A stretch of DNA of 64,000 nt from Phoronis australis (Eukaryota; Animalia; Phoronida). Below are positions 13,501-24,600 of the stretch, piece by piece. The notes under the pieces are model-generated. The model saw only the letters and a list, made by a program, of their open reading frames with translations, was not told the DNA's origin and made no database searches. Numbering within the stretch: position 1 is the first letter of the stretch; each line of letters opens with the position of its first letter. Position numbers and translations under genes: made by a program. The stretch covers positions 37,573 to 101,572 of the forward strand of contig NMRA01000913.1 in the NCBI GenBank assembly GCA_002633005.1. The letters run 5' to 3'.

Positions 13501-15423
13501 CAGCTGATGTTCATTTTTAGACAAATCTTATCACTGTTGTTCACCCTTACTACGGCAATTTGGCTTCTCTTTACATATGTCTCAATACTTATTAAGTTCT
13601 GTGATGGATCTTCATGAAATTTGACATTGTTTGTTAAATCTTAATTTCACGTCTGTGGCACCCCCTGGTGGCAAATTGTCATTGCATTTTCCTTATATAT
13701 CCACAAGTTATTCGATGGATCTTCATGAAATGTATGAGTGTTGATCTTTTAAATGAAGGAGATGTGAAATGTTTCTTTTTGCTCTTGCACATTCTAATAT
13801 TGTCATACTTCCATGCAAAAATTGGTGACTACATTTGCATAAGTGAATCAACTGTTTGGGTAAGTGCCAATCCCCACTCTGTGTTTTTAAATGCTCGTGT
13901 TTGGCTTAACCACGCCCCATTTTTTATTTCAAGCACCCAGAGCATAGCATTAATCCCAGCTGGATGAGTAGGGGACTTGCTGTGTGTTATCAGATTTGTA
14001 CTCGTGTGCCAGGTTCCTGGTTTTCAACTAGGTCTGTTCATTTTTAAGATTCACAATATCTCATACCTTTAACCACAGGTTATCCTGCTCACCACTGTCC
14101 CCAACTATATGGAGCTTCACTGGATCAAAGTTTAATGCCTTGTACTCTTATTTGCAGTATTACCGCCTCTCTTGCTATCTCCAACAACAACAACAGCAAC
14201 AACAACAGCATCCTCAGCCACAGTACGTTCCCTGCTACACTCACCAGGTGGTGTACGAGCAGCTGCCAGAGGGCGCCGACTACAGCACAGCTGGTCAGTC
14301 TCCCTCACCAGTGTCTAATGACAACCCAGCACAGTTCAATAAAATTTGTCCGTCTGGTCAGCAGGCGAGTGTAGACCAACCTGATGCTATTGTGGAATGT
14401 TGCCAGCCTGGCCCGAGTGTTAACTGTAGTGTTAATTGTGGTAGTAGTAGCGGTAGTAGTTACAACAGTGAACTGGGCCAGATAACAGATCACAGCCCAG
14501 TTGAACTGTCTTCTATTGAAGACAGTGGCTGTGGTTCGGACTCGGGTGGTTCTTTGGCGTCGCCAACGAGTGAAGATTGCACCATGTGCCCAGAGTTACT
14601 TGAAACCACTTCTCAACAAGAGCCAGATGGCAAACATATGTCCGAGTCAATTTCCAACCAAACTCCAATGCGGGCAATTAACGAACAGGCATTTGTGAGA
14701 AGACCTCCACGAAAAGTACGACCTATCAAACAAATTCCACCAAGATTTCAAAGACTACTTCTCAACCATCAGGCTGAAAAAATGGAGAAAGTTCACCTAA
14801 TGGGACTTCCATTGGTCCAGGTTACCGTGGAGACAAACGTCCAGGGTCTTCCTGGGCAGTCTTCACTCGATCCCACTGTGGATTGTTTTGTTCCTACCAC
14901 AGGTGTTACCTCTCATGTCATTATGTCCTCTGGTGATGGGTCATTTCCTGCTTGCCATCCACCATCAAGACACGCCTGTTGTCCTGTCAACAGCAACAAC
15001 AACCAGTCTCCTCAATATTCGGCAGTAGCTTATGGTCCCCCAGTAACTGTCATTACACCAACAACTTGCACGACCGCCCCTAGGTGTGAGAGTCATGAGA
15101 CGGTGACTACATCCAGCTGTTGTAACTACTGCTTTTCGCAGCCAGCCCTAATTTATCCTCATCAAATCACTCCTTCATCTTCCTCTGCTTACCAACCTAA
15201 TCCTGCATGCTCTTTTCATTGCACAGGTTACTGCTCTACCGTTAACCAGCCCCAAGCACCCTCAGTGGACAGTGGCACACTGGTGCCCCCTAGCCAGCCA
15301 TACTGCCCACCTGTGTACATGAACCCAAGTTACCCCCCTGTGTTCCAGCAGCCTATCGTCTACTGCAGCAGTAGCCCCTCGGGCCATCTGTCACACCAGC
15401 AGCAGTACTCTGTCTCTGTCTAA
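1361..15423 (+). CDS. OTUD4: OTUD4/ALG13-like (Otu family) protein, 3' part; join(1361-1591,4530-4635,8127-8199,11909-12178,12341-12381,14158-15423)
   Basis: All six exons have AG/GT boundaries and compatible phases (2,2,0,1,1,0). Splicing gives 'SRDQNGADLPLGDIATLRFFYNLGNEYYR', matching the conserved DLP..D..(T/I)LR(F/Y)F(F/Y)NLG motif of OTUD4/ALG13/Drosophila Otu, embedded in P/Q/S-rich low-complexity sequence. The OTU and Tudor domains would lie upstream of the window. Confidence 0.8.
1832..2534. mobile_element. Foldback/MITE with ~280-bp imperfect inverted arms
   Basis: About 1832-2110 is the reverse complement of about 2250-2534 (e.g. GGTTCAACAAACCATGAGGAA vs TTCCTCATGGTTTGTTGAACC). It interrupts a ~41-bp tandem repeat (1758-1830 / 2540-2600). 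Confidence 0.75.
2657..3992. mobile_element. Non-autonomous Tc1/mariner (pogo-like) DNA transposon
   Basis: TA|CCATATTTGCCC ... GTGCGAATATGG imperfect TIRs, repeated subterminal TAAGCGCCC motifs at both ends, no transposase ORF. Confidence 0.55.
4530..4635 (+). CDS. OTUD4: OTUD4-like internal exon (NVSHSLPDDQ...FPALPVA)
   Basis: ctatttcag| acceptor, GCG|GTAAGG donor, open frame, phase 2 to 0. Confidence 0.7.
4663..6194 (-). mobile_element. Internally deleted Ngaro/DIRS-like tyrosine-recombinase retrotransposon with gag-like ORF1 fragment (5407-~4870)
   Basis: ORF MPRRSS...P-rich...PLGFNLDDKVCNLII then, after a frameshift, VDFYHLLYPE resembles the 'pL..hl..k....I....yvDf..LL' motif of Ngaro-type ORF1. 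Both termini are shared with 7533-7921. No TSD. Confidence 0.6.
6195..6501. mobile_element. hAT-type MITE fragment
   Basis: GCGGATCCAGGATTTT ... GGGGGGGCATGGCCCCCTTGCCCCCCCCCAAATCCGCCACTG, a common hAT MITE end structure. Confidence 0.55.
7533..7921 (-). mobile_element. Solo terminal-repeat (A+B) copy of the Ngaro-like element
   Basis: 7533-7715 matches 4663-4855 and 7770-7921 matches 6040-6194 at high identity, with no internal ORF. Confidence 0.7.
8127..8199 (+). CDS. OTUD4: OTUD4-like internal exon (TQTASISIPSQDHRVEQTKECAES)
   Basis: ttattgcag| acceptor, G|GTACGA donor, phase 0 to 1. Confidence 0.65.
9998..10132. repeat. 30-bp tandem repeat running into the gap
   Basis: (ATGAAGTTTATTGTCAAACATTTTTGTATT) x ~4.5. 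Confidence 0.9.
10133..10931. other. Assembly gap (N run)
   Basis: 799 N. Confidence 1.
11909..12178 (+). CDS. OTUD4: OTUD4-like exon (DLSNRG...DQNGADLPLG)
   Basis: gtttctag| acceptor, G|GTAAGA donor; carries the first half of the family motif. Confidence 0.85.
12341..12381 (+). CDS. OTUD4: OTUD4-like 41-nt exon (DIATLRFFYNLGNE)
   Basis: tttttacag| acceptor, GAG|GTAAGC donor; encodes LRFFYNLG. Confidence 0.9.
12417..13800 (+). mobile_element. Degraded HINE-family copy
   Basis: Decayed 5' end, GTCC-type microsatellite, and core repeats (TTTCATGAAATTTGGCA; CCCCCTGGTGGC). The 3' boundary is approximate. Confidence 0.55.
14158..15423 (+). CDS. OTUD4: OTUD4-like terminal exon (poly-Q, S/P/C-rich low-complexity tail)
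   Basis: ttatttgcag| acceptor; open frame of about 420 codons ending at TAA 15421-15423; AATAAA near 15902 and 17042 downstream. Confidence 0.85.
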   Translation, partial: YYRLSCYLQQQQQQQQQHPQPQYVPCYTHQVVYEQLPEGADYSTAGQSPSPVSNDNPAQFNKICPSGQQASVDQPDAIVECCQPGPSVNCSVNCGSSSGSSYNSELGQITDHSPVELSSIEDSGCGSDSGGSLASPTSEDCTMCPELLETTSQQEPDGKHMSESISNQTPMRAINEQAFVRRPPRKVRPIKQIPPRFQRLLLNHQAEKMEKVHLMGLPLVQVTVETNVQGLPGQSSLDPTVDCFVPTTGVTSHVIMSSGDGSFPACHPPSRHACCPVNSNNNQSPQYSAVAYGPPVTVITPTTCTTAPRCESHETVTTSSCCNYCFSQPALIYPHQITPSSSSAYQPNPACSFHCTGYCSTVNQPQAPSVDSGTLVPPSQPYCPPVYMNPSYPPVFQQPIVYCSSSPSGHLSHQQQYSVSV

Positions 15424-17123
15424 CTTACTGATGGTGACGGTGATGGTGGTGGATGTTAGCACTCGCTGGTGGCTGGGTCATTGTTTTTAGGAAACCACTG
15501 TTAACTTTTACAAAAAATTTTAGAACTACAATAGTGACAATTGTTTAGCTAGTCACTCAATTTCCTGTCTCAAAATTAATCTATAAGTTGGTTGATCGAA
15601 ACATACAAATCATGAACATTGTGTCAAAAATAGAGTTTACAATTAAGGTAGTATGTATTAATTAGATATGTCGGTTCTGGTAGAAATAGTTCACATTTCA
15701 TAATTTTAGACTTGTATAATTGAACATTTCTATTTCTACTCTTCTGCTTTTAAGTATAGAGATTAATTGCTTTGAGTGTCGTAATTGGCCAAAAACTAAT
15801 CTCGTCATTCCCAAGACATTATGGAGAAATGTGCATTAAACAGTGTATGCTTACATAATTATTTCTATTTGGATTTATAACAAATCAGAAGTATTTTTAC
15901 AAATAAACATTGAGCGCCACATTAATTCTATGAAGTGGATTCCATGTATATGTGATCCCTGCCATGTTGGAAGAGTTGATAACCAAGCCTAGTAGTTCTA
16001 TTTTTCAAAACTTGAAAATTGTTGGCCAATAGGTCAAATGTTTACCAGTCATGTCTATTATAAGTTCATAAGTTTAGCAAATGAGTGGAGTAAGTTTTAT
16101 GCTTTGTTACTACTATCAAGCTTCATGGAGTTATGCCCCCTGTTTGATAAGGTGCATGTGCCTGCAGGGTAAACACAGTGCTACTCTGGTGTCATTGCTG
16201 CTTCCACACTTGATTTGTCTGCAAATATTAGTTGTAAGCACTAGGAGTGCTGTGGCATTGTCTATTAACTTGTTGAAATATTATTTTAGGCATTTACTAG
16301 GTTAAGAAACAATTTAAAACTTGTCAGAATTTATGTTTTAGATTTGATGTATTCTAGTTTTAAAATGAGCATCTTAAGTAATTTCATCTAAGTTGCGAGT
16401 CTTCAGAATGACCATGCATTGGCCAGACCTCATATGCCAAAAGGTAGTTGCTTGCTTTGGCAGTGTCATCAAACTGGTTTATGGATGTCATACTTTGGTC
16501 AAATTACTTAACATGTTCATAAGGCTTTAAAGTGAGGCTGAAGTTCACATTAGGATATTTTCGTATTTAATATGTTCTATGTATTTAATATTAGTTAAGA
16601 TTGAAAGACTACATCTATAAGTATTGTTTTACCCTATGTTAGCAGTTAACTTGTGTAGAAAACATTCTAAGTTTGAAGGAAACACTTATGAGAAAGTTTG
16701 TGGAAAAATTTATATTTGGTTATAGGAAGTGTCAAAATTTTGAAATCTAAATTTGAGACAAGTTCATGAGTTTGGTGGATATGTTTACATGTTAGTTTGG
16801 AAAGAATTTGAACTTTAAATACTGAGTGAAGTGTTTGTAAATTTGTGGTAAAATTTCTAAGTTTGAAAAAAAATGTTCATATTGTAAATGGACATGGTTA
16901 AAATTATTAATAAGTTTTGGAAAAATTTCTGAGTTCGAACAAAACCTAACTTTAAATAGTGTGTAAATTTGAAATGTCTGAGTTTGAAAGTCAAGGAACA
17001 GATTTCACCGTCTCTTGTTGATCATTATCATGTCATGTAAAAATAAAAGTGTTGAAATTGGTTGACAAATCTGTGGAGATCATTGTGAAGGGATATTTGA
17101 ATAGGCCCATGCTAAATCATGTT

Positions 17124-17271
17124 CACCTCCAACGCTACAATAGTATGCACCTCCAACACTACAGTAGTATGCACCCCCAACACTACAGTAGTATGCACCT
17201 CCAACACTACACTAGCATGCACCTCCAACACTACAATAGTATGCACCTCCAACACTATAGTAGTATGCACC
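17124..17271. repeat. 24-bp minisatellite
   Basis: (CACCTCCAACACTACAGTAGTATG) x ~6. Confidence 0.9.
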
Positions 17272-20200
17272 TTGTGTTATTGCCAGTAAGACAAAACATT
17301 CCAAAAAGAAAAACGTTAGCCTTTGTTTTGACCAACAACAAAGATATATAAGATTATGGTCATCAGGTTGGTTTTTGAAGTTGGCATAATCATGGACTTT
17401 ACATTTCAAACTAAAAATTCTCTTTCAGATTATCCAAACTGGTCAAAGCTTTGCATTGCTCTCTGACTGCTGTACAAGCAGTCAACCAGTTTATAATGAG
17501 CGTGGTTTATAATGTCCCGATCACATTAAAGCCTAAATTCAATGGAATTTTGCTATTTTAGATGTATTGGGCTTACCAGTGAGTCCTAGCAAAGCCTTAG
17601 TAATATAAGAAAACACATGTTCAATCACACAAATGAAAGCCCGTCAAATGATAAGTGAAGCTGCCTTTTCGTGCCATGTTGCGAAGGTCCTAGCACAAAC
17701 AACAAAAGGTCTATAACGGGTTGTATTGAATAGGGATCTGAATAGAACACCATTGTGTGCGGGTGTTATTCGCAGCTGTTTGAATTAAAAGGTGATTCTC
17801 GCGGTGACATAGACAAAAGCAAGCCAATACGCCTAACAGTTCGTTACATTTAGCAATTTATGGAAGTAGTGGGTCCAGAGCGATGCTCTTAACATACTGT
17901 AGGAACCAAATTTACCGGTGTTGCTGTTCAAGATAGACTTTCAACGTTCCATTTCCAAAATCCTGAGCTAGCTACTGTACAATATACAGGGTGTCTGTGA
18001 AAACAAAATAATGTTTAATATGATTGCAAAAATATGATTTTACTGCAAACTACTTGTGTTTTTACAAGGTATCAAAACGTTTGCCATAACTGACTCCTGC
18101 AGAGAACAAAGACATTAGTGTTTGGCACCAAATGAAACTACTTGCACAGCTCCAACACAAATATTGAGAATTTTTAAACAAAACTGACGTCTAATGTGTC
18201 GGAGGAAGTATGGAACAATCTCAGCAATTTAAGAAACAATGTGGCAGACAAGTGACACACAAGTAGAGCACCATACAACTACTGCACCCTATTGGAGAGA
18301 AATGTGGATATTCACAACAATGCTGGAAGCCGTTGAACATGAGAACAACTCAATAGCAATCGCTTTTTACCAAATTGAAGATTTTACCACCAATGAACAG
18401 TGCTCATTTTCTGCAGCAAACGTGCTCAATTTGAACATAAGATGCAGCAGTTGCATGAGATATGCTAAATCTTTAGAGCCCGTGAACGCTGAAAGATATA
18501 ATCAGCTGTGCAGTGTCTGGAAAGTCGCTTGTTTCTCAGCAATTGGATTCAGTTGTGGCATTTCCCCTCACTTATGTGCCTGGCAACAGAAATTTAGGAT
18601 TCTTGCAATAAAAAGCACAAATCATAATCCTAGAAAATACACAATAGTGCTGTTACAATGGAGGACTCGCCACCTTATAAGTATATTTGCAAATTTTATA
18701 AATAACGAACAAACTGCTTCCCATTCTAGGGTGAGTGATGCCAAGCCCTCATCCCCAGCCCAGATCAAGTGCTACAACACGCAGGCTTATGCATCGTGTT
18801 TAGATCATGCTCATTTCATCTAGGCAATAGTGAACATCAGTGGTCTTTGTCAGTGATTATTAAGTGTCTATTTTGCACAACAGTTGTCCAGTTCTTGCTC
18901 AAAATTCTTCCCGTTTTCTGATCTGCAATTGATTGTCAAGTGACCAAACGTCTTCCACTCATTACATCATTTGGCGAGAAATTTGAAAATAACCAATTTT
19001 TCTTCAAAATTAAGAAATTCCTGACTATCTAGCATAAAAGGTGCTTATTTAGTAAGATTTCATGGTATTTGTTTCATATGAGCTAAGTGAAACCTTAAAA
19101 ACTAAGAAAATGTGAGAACTCTCTTAAGTCCTAGTAGCACACGTTTTTAACCTTTAACAAATAGAAGTTATAAGGAACCAAGCAGTACCTATCCCATAAC
19201 CAATACACAATCTGCAGTCGAAGAAAGTTTAAAAATACGCGCCACTCATGATTCCGACCCGAAGAACACACCACCATTTTGAACTAACCCTGGAATCGGA
19301 AGTACAATTCATTCAGGAAGCCAAGCTTAAGAATACCGGCTGTGTGACTGGAGCAGTGTCTGTTACCAGCCTGCCAACGGAATAAAACAATCGAAAGCAG
19401 ACCTTAACTATAATAAAATCAATAAAGGGATAATTTGTACTGAAATTGTCAACAAAATGTGGCAAAATAAAATTTGACAACTTATTTTGCTGGAGTCGGA
19501 CCTGCAGCTGATGACCAGGGGCGGACCGATCAAAGTCATTGCACTGGCGAAAGGTGAAGTCATGGTGTCCCCGGTTGTTTTATTGGAATAAATGGTTCAA
19601 ATCATAAATGCCGTATACATACAAAGATAGTTTCAGACACCTGCATAAAAATACACACAAGTCACAGTCCTGTGCCAACAATTCAATAACAAGGCTTACT
19701 ATGGCAGGCTAGGCTTAGGGTGTTTTACTGGGTGTAATTAACTCTGGTAAGCAAACAGTATAAACAGAGCAGCGGACAAGCAATACCAAAATAATTGAAT
19801 AAAATTGTTATACAGTTAAAATATCCTGATGATTAAACATGCGAAAATATCGGAAATAAAGTTAGATGGAAACTAAGATACCGGCGGTGGTCTCCCGTTA
19901 ATTCCGTTATGGCCAGGCGGCTGCCTGCCAACAATGAATGACAGAATACCATTTGGTGGTGAAATAACTTGAGTAAGAAAACTTGCCATGGTGCCAAATG
20001 GTATAATATAAGTATTAATGAGTTTAAAGTAAAAGGAGCAATTCCCAATCAGACAGAAACATTCGTATAAGCTGCTACCCAGTTGAGCCGGACCGCCTAC
20101 TGGTCTGCCATGAGGGGACATCTGTGTTCCTCGGAGCAAGATGAACACATTAGATAACCGGGCCTTGAATGAGTGAAATTAACGTGACAAAGATTAAAAA

Positions 20201-21364
20201 GTATTATGCTTCTAACACTGCAACATTTTCCCATCCCCGACATTCAGCTCATTGACTACGATTCACTACACTCCCCCGTTTGCGTCACGGAATTTTTATA
20301 TGTAGACAACAGAGGTATATATTGAAAGTTTTTGTCAGGTTTTAAAATATATTGTCCCTAATAATTGAAAATCAAAACCAATTTAGCAAGTTATTATTTT
20401 CCTGGCAAAGAATCACGGCAACTGCAGGGAAATTACTTCGCTGTGTCCGGGCAGCAAAATCAAGCACAGGTGCGTGTTATTGCAATTAAGGTGTGGACCT
20501 CACTGTTTTGAGATAAAACTTGTTTTTTGTTTGTTGAAAGATCCCCGTGTGAGGATGTTTTTTCTATTTTACATTTTTAACGGCAAATAAAGCCAGTGCT
20601 GATTTGCTGCCAAGTGGGCACTACGTTCACACGTCCAGGTAATCACATGGCAATTGCTCACTCCCAGCTGGTACTTTACATCAGTTTTACCTTATGGCGA
20701 TAAAGATAAGAGCGATCTAGAAAGTTCTATTCCTCTAATTTATAACCTAAACGGATACTGTCGCTGCGATGAGTCAGGGCTGACCTCAGTTGCCGAGTGT
20801 TGGCTGCAGGAGATGTGACGTACTTCACAAACTTATGATTATGCATTAAATACCATTCACCATATTCAAAGAACAGTAAAATTTGGACAATAGATAATCA
20901 AGTTTGTATAAATAGAACCAAAATGAGAACCAAAGACTACCAAACAAAGTAACAATGCATTTACACTCACAGTGATGACAATACGTTTTCAAGGACAACA
21001 TGACCGTCACTCAGGAATTGTTCCTGAACTGGTGCACAGTAACTCAGGTCACTGAAATAGACGGAAACAGTCGATGATTTTCTGATCTCGGCCGAGGTAC
21101 AAAATTGTGCTCAAAAAGGCTTTTAGTTTGATTACAGAAAGGATGTGAACATTAATTTGGTATATATTTTTAAAGTTTTTGAACTAGATTGCCTTTTGAG
21201 ATAAGGACTTCAAGTAACTTGATGATCAGTGTTTTAATTTCAGTGTCTACCTGAAGTCAGTAAACATCAATCCGAGAACTTGAAAAGACTGATGGTGGGC
21301 AACAAGCTGAGCACATTAGCTCTTTGTCAGCACTAATCTTTAGAGGCCAAGCCCCCAGCTCTTA

Positions 21365-21630
21365 CATATCTTGCTATTTCTCCATCATCAACACTATTTT
21401 ATTTATCAACTTGCACACAGGTGAGCTGTGCTGAACTGTTTAACTGACCACTTTGCTCTTCCATATGTTACTATCTCTCCAGGATGGCCACTGTGTTGTT
21501 AATCAACTTGTACACATGTAAGCTGTGCTGAACTGTTCAACTGACCACCTTGTTCTTCCATATGCCACTACCTCTCCACACTGGCAACTGTTTCATTAAT
21601 CAACTTGCGCACATGTGAGCTGTGCTGAAA
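21365..21630 (-). repeat. 97-bp triplication spanning the EXOSC8 stop codon
   Basis: Homologous stop codons at 21568, 21471 and 21374 (period 97). Confidence 0.85.
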
Positions 21631-21680
21631 TGTCCGTGATATGCAGTCCTGCAACTTGTCTTCACTGAGGGGACTGCCAC
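21568..21680 (-). CDS. EXOSC8: EXOSC8 exon 11 (terminal)
   Basis: [36 protein letters not shown], with TAG at 21570-21568. Confidence 0.95.
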
Positions 21681-24600
21681 CTAATGAACAGAGACAAAAA
21701 GGAACATCTAACCAAGGATGAAATGAGAAAGAAAAGAATCAGATTCCTAGCAACGTTTATTAAAGTCTCAAATAATTTGAGATGCATATTTTTTCAACAA
21801 TGCTAAGTGCTACATTTCACTTTCTGCATTGCCCCATACTTAAAAGGATACTACATCCTGTTTTGATGATTTCCACCAATCCCTGTGTCACCTGCTAATG
21901 CATCATTGGTGTCAATGTTGAAAGATGAAAGGAGAAATTAACTAAAAACTTGTACTTCCTATCTCACATTACAATCATTAGTGGGTGGTCTTTTCCCACT
22001 TGCCGTGTAATTTACTAAAAGCATAGGTCACGCTTGCCTGTTTAGCAGACTTTCAAAGTAGTTTTCAAATTTTCCTCCAAATTTTTGAGGGTTGTCAATG
22101 GTAACAGAGCATTATTTTGTTTCAGAGGGTTGGATGGCAAAGTCGTTTTTAATATCATTCTGCTGATAGGCCAAAACTGGGTTTGATATCCTTTTAAGTT
22201 TGCATTTCTCACACGAGTTGTTTCAGCCCTTTGAGTAAAATAACTAATAGTGAGGGTACAGGGTTGACACCAACATATGGATTTACCATGGATAGTGAAG
22301 CCCAATTACCATGGATAGTGAAGCCCAATTACCATGGATAGTGAAGCCCAATTACCATGGATAGTGAAGCCCAATTACCATGGATAGTGAAGCCCAATTA
22401 CCATGGATAGTGAAGCCCAATTACCATGGATAGTGAAGCCCAATTACCATGGATAGTGAAGCCCAATTACCATGGATAGTGAAGCCCAATTACCATGGAT
22501 AGTGAAGCCCAATTACCATGGATAGTGAAGCCCAATTACCATGGATAGTGAAGCCCAATTACCATGGATAGTGAAGCCCAATTACCATGGATAGTGAAGC
22601 CCAATTACCATGGATAGTGAAGCCCAATTACCATGGATAGTGAAGCCCAATTACCATGGATAGTGAAGCCCAATTACCATGGATAGTGAAGCCCAATTAC
22701 CATGGATAGTGAAGCCCAATTACCATGGATAGTGAAGCCCAATTACCATGGATAGTGAAGCCCAATTACCATGGATAGTGAAGCCCAATTACCATGGATA
22801 GTGAAGCCCAATTACCATGGATAGTGAAGCCCAATTACCATGGATAGTGAAGCCCAATTACCATGGATAGTGAAGCCCAATTACCATGGATAGTGAAGCC
22901 CAATTACCATGGATAGTGAAGCCCAATTACCATGGATAGTGAAGCCCAATTACCATGGATAGTGAAGCCCAATTACCATGGATAGTGAAGCCCAATTACC
23001 ATGGATAGTGAAGCCCAATTACCATGGATAGTGAAGCCCAATTACCATGGATAGTGAAGCCCAATTACCATGGATAGTGAAGCCCAATTACACGATCTTT
23101 TATAAATGTCAGTGGCAAGAGCTGCTCTTCTACCATCTACAGACTGTCTAAAGACATAAGCACCACCCTCTGTGGAGCTGCTCTTCTACCATCTACAGTC
23201 TGTCTAAAGACATAAGCACCGCCCTCTGTGGAGCTACTCTTCTACCATCTACAGTCTGTCTAAAGACATTAGCACCGCCCTCTGTGGAGCTGCTCTTCTA
23301 CCATCTACAGACTGTCTAAAGACATAAGCACAGCCCTTTGTGGAATCAAGTCATATTAATGAGAGCAATGAACTGTGCAACAAATGCATTCATGCTGATA
23401 AGCAGTAAAACTGTAGTTATCTTCAACTTTCAGAACAAGCCAACCAGAAGTGAGAGTTTCCATCGCAGTACGGTTAAGCCGTAATAGTATTTTAAGTTTT
23501 TGTTTTAAAGTTAGCCTCTAAATTGGTTTTATTACTTCGATAAAAACTGTGACCTATGAATATTTGTGAGCTTTCATTGTGTTTAGTACGATCGGACAAC
23601 TTATTTCACAAGTTAGTTACGCAATGACGTGTTCAAGTTGCTTTGAAATCATGTAATCATCTGGAAATTAGACTTCAATTTGTCAAACAACTCACTGATA
23701 TCTCTGATAATCCTCAGACGATCCTCATAAAATCCCACAAGAGTTACCCAAAAGTCCATCAGATTGTCATGGAACCATTGTGCGACATCTTTGAACTAAA
23801 CACATTTGTCAGGCTCTCTGGTTACATGTAGTTTTAAAGCCTTCCCAGAATGCATTCTTAATGTTACCAGCCTGATGCCCCTACCAACTATTTATCTTTA
23901 AAGAAAACTTGGTATAACAAATCAAATACTTGAACTTGACTTTTAGGGCCGCCATAGGTGACCACTAATACAAGGAACAAACTGCCAAGACATATTACAA
24001 TGCGCGATAGTTGCGTTACTGAACAAGATGACGATTTTGAGAGCAGAATGTTGATTAACAAAATGTGGCAAGCAATGCCGACTACTCCAGGGAACAGTAA
24101 CAATGCTGGAACACTACAAAGCTGGAACACTACAAAGCTGGAACACTACAAAGCTGGAACACTAAAAATGATGGAACACTACAATGCTGTGAATGTTTAA
24201 GACAGAATGTCCATTTTAGAATACTGTTTAAGCCACCCAAATGCACCAGTCTTATCATTTCAAAATGGCGGTTGAAGACAACAAACCAGGTGATGGAACA
24301 CACTCATGTATAAGATTTAATGTGTGTATCTGAGTTCTTGTGGTGATGTAACGCGTGGTTTGAAAGTAAGTCAGTAAAAGCAACCAATTTATCAGTTTGT
24401 TGCCTTTGAGGTGATAAGAGACGCTGCTAGCATGCTTCGAGAACTAAATCTGGACACATTACCATTCAAGGTGGGCTTTCAGCATGTTATTACTGAATGG
24501 CTGTACACTTGGTAAATAATAGTACACCCAAGGCATGGTACATTTAGAATACCTGGTTTATGTACATGGCAGAGGTGAGTCTCTGTTGTTACTATGGTGA

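Noticed and set aside
18239-18823. 194-aa intergenic ORF
   Set aside because: No recognisable domain or supporting exon chain on either strand. It may be decayed transposon sequence, but I could not define termini.
22283-23091. CRISPR-like regular repeat
   Set aside because: Head-to-tail identical units with no spacers, no cas genes, and located in a eukaryotic intron.
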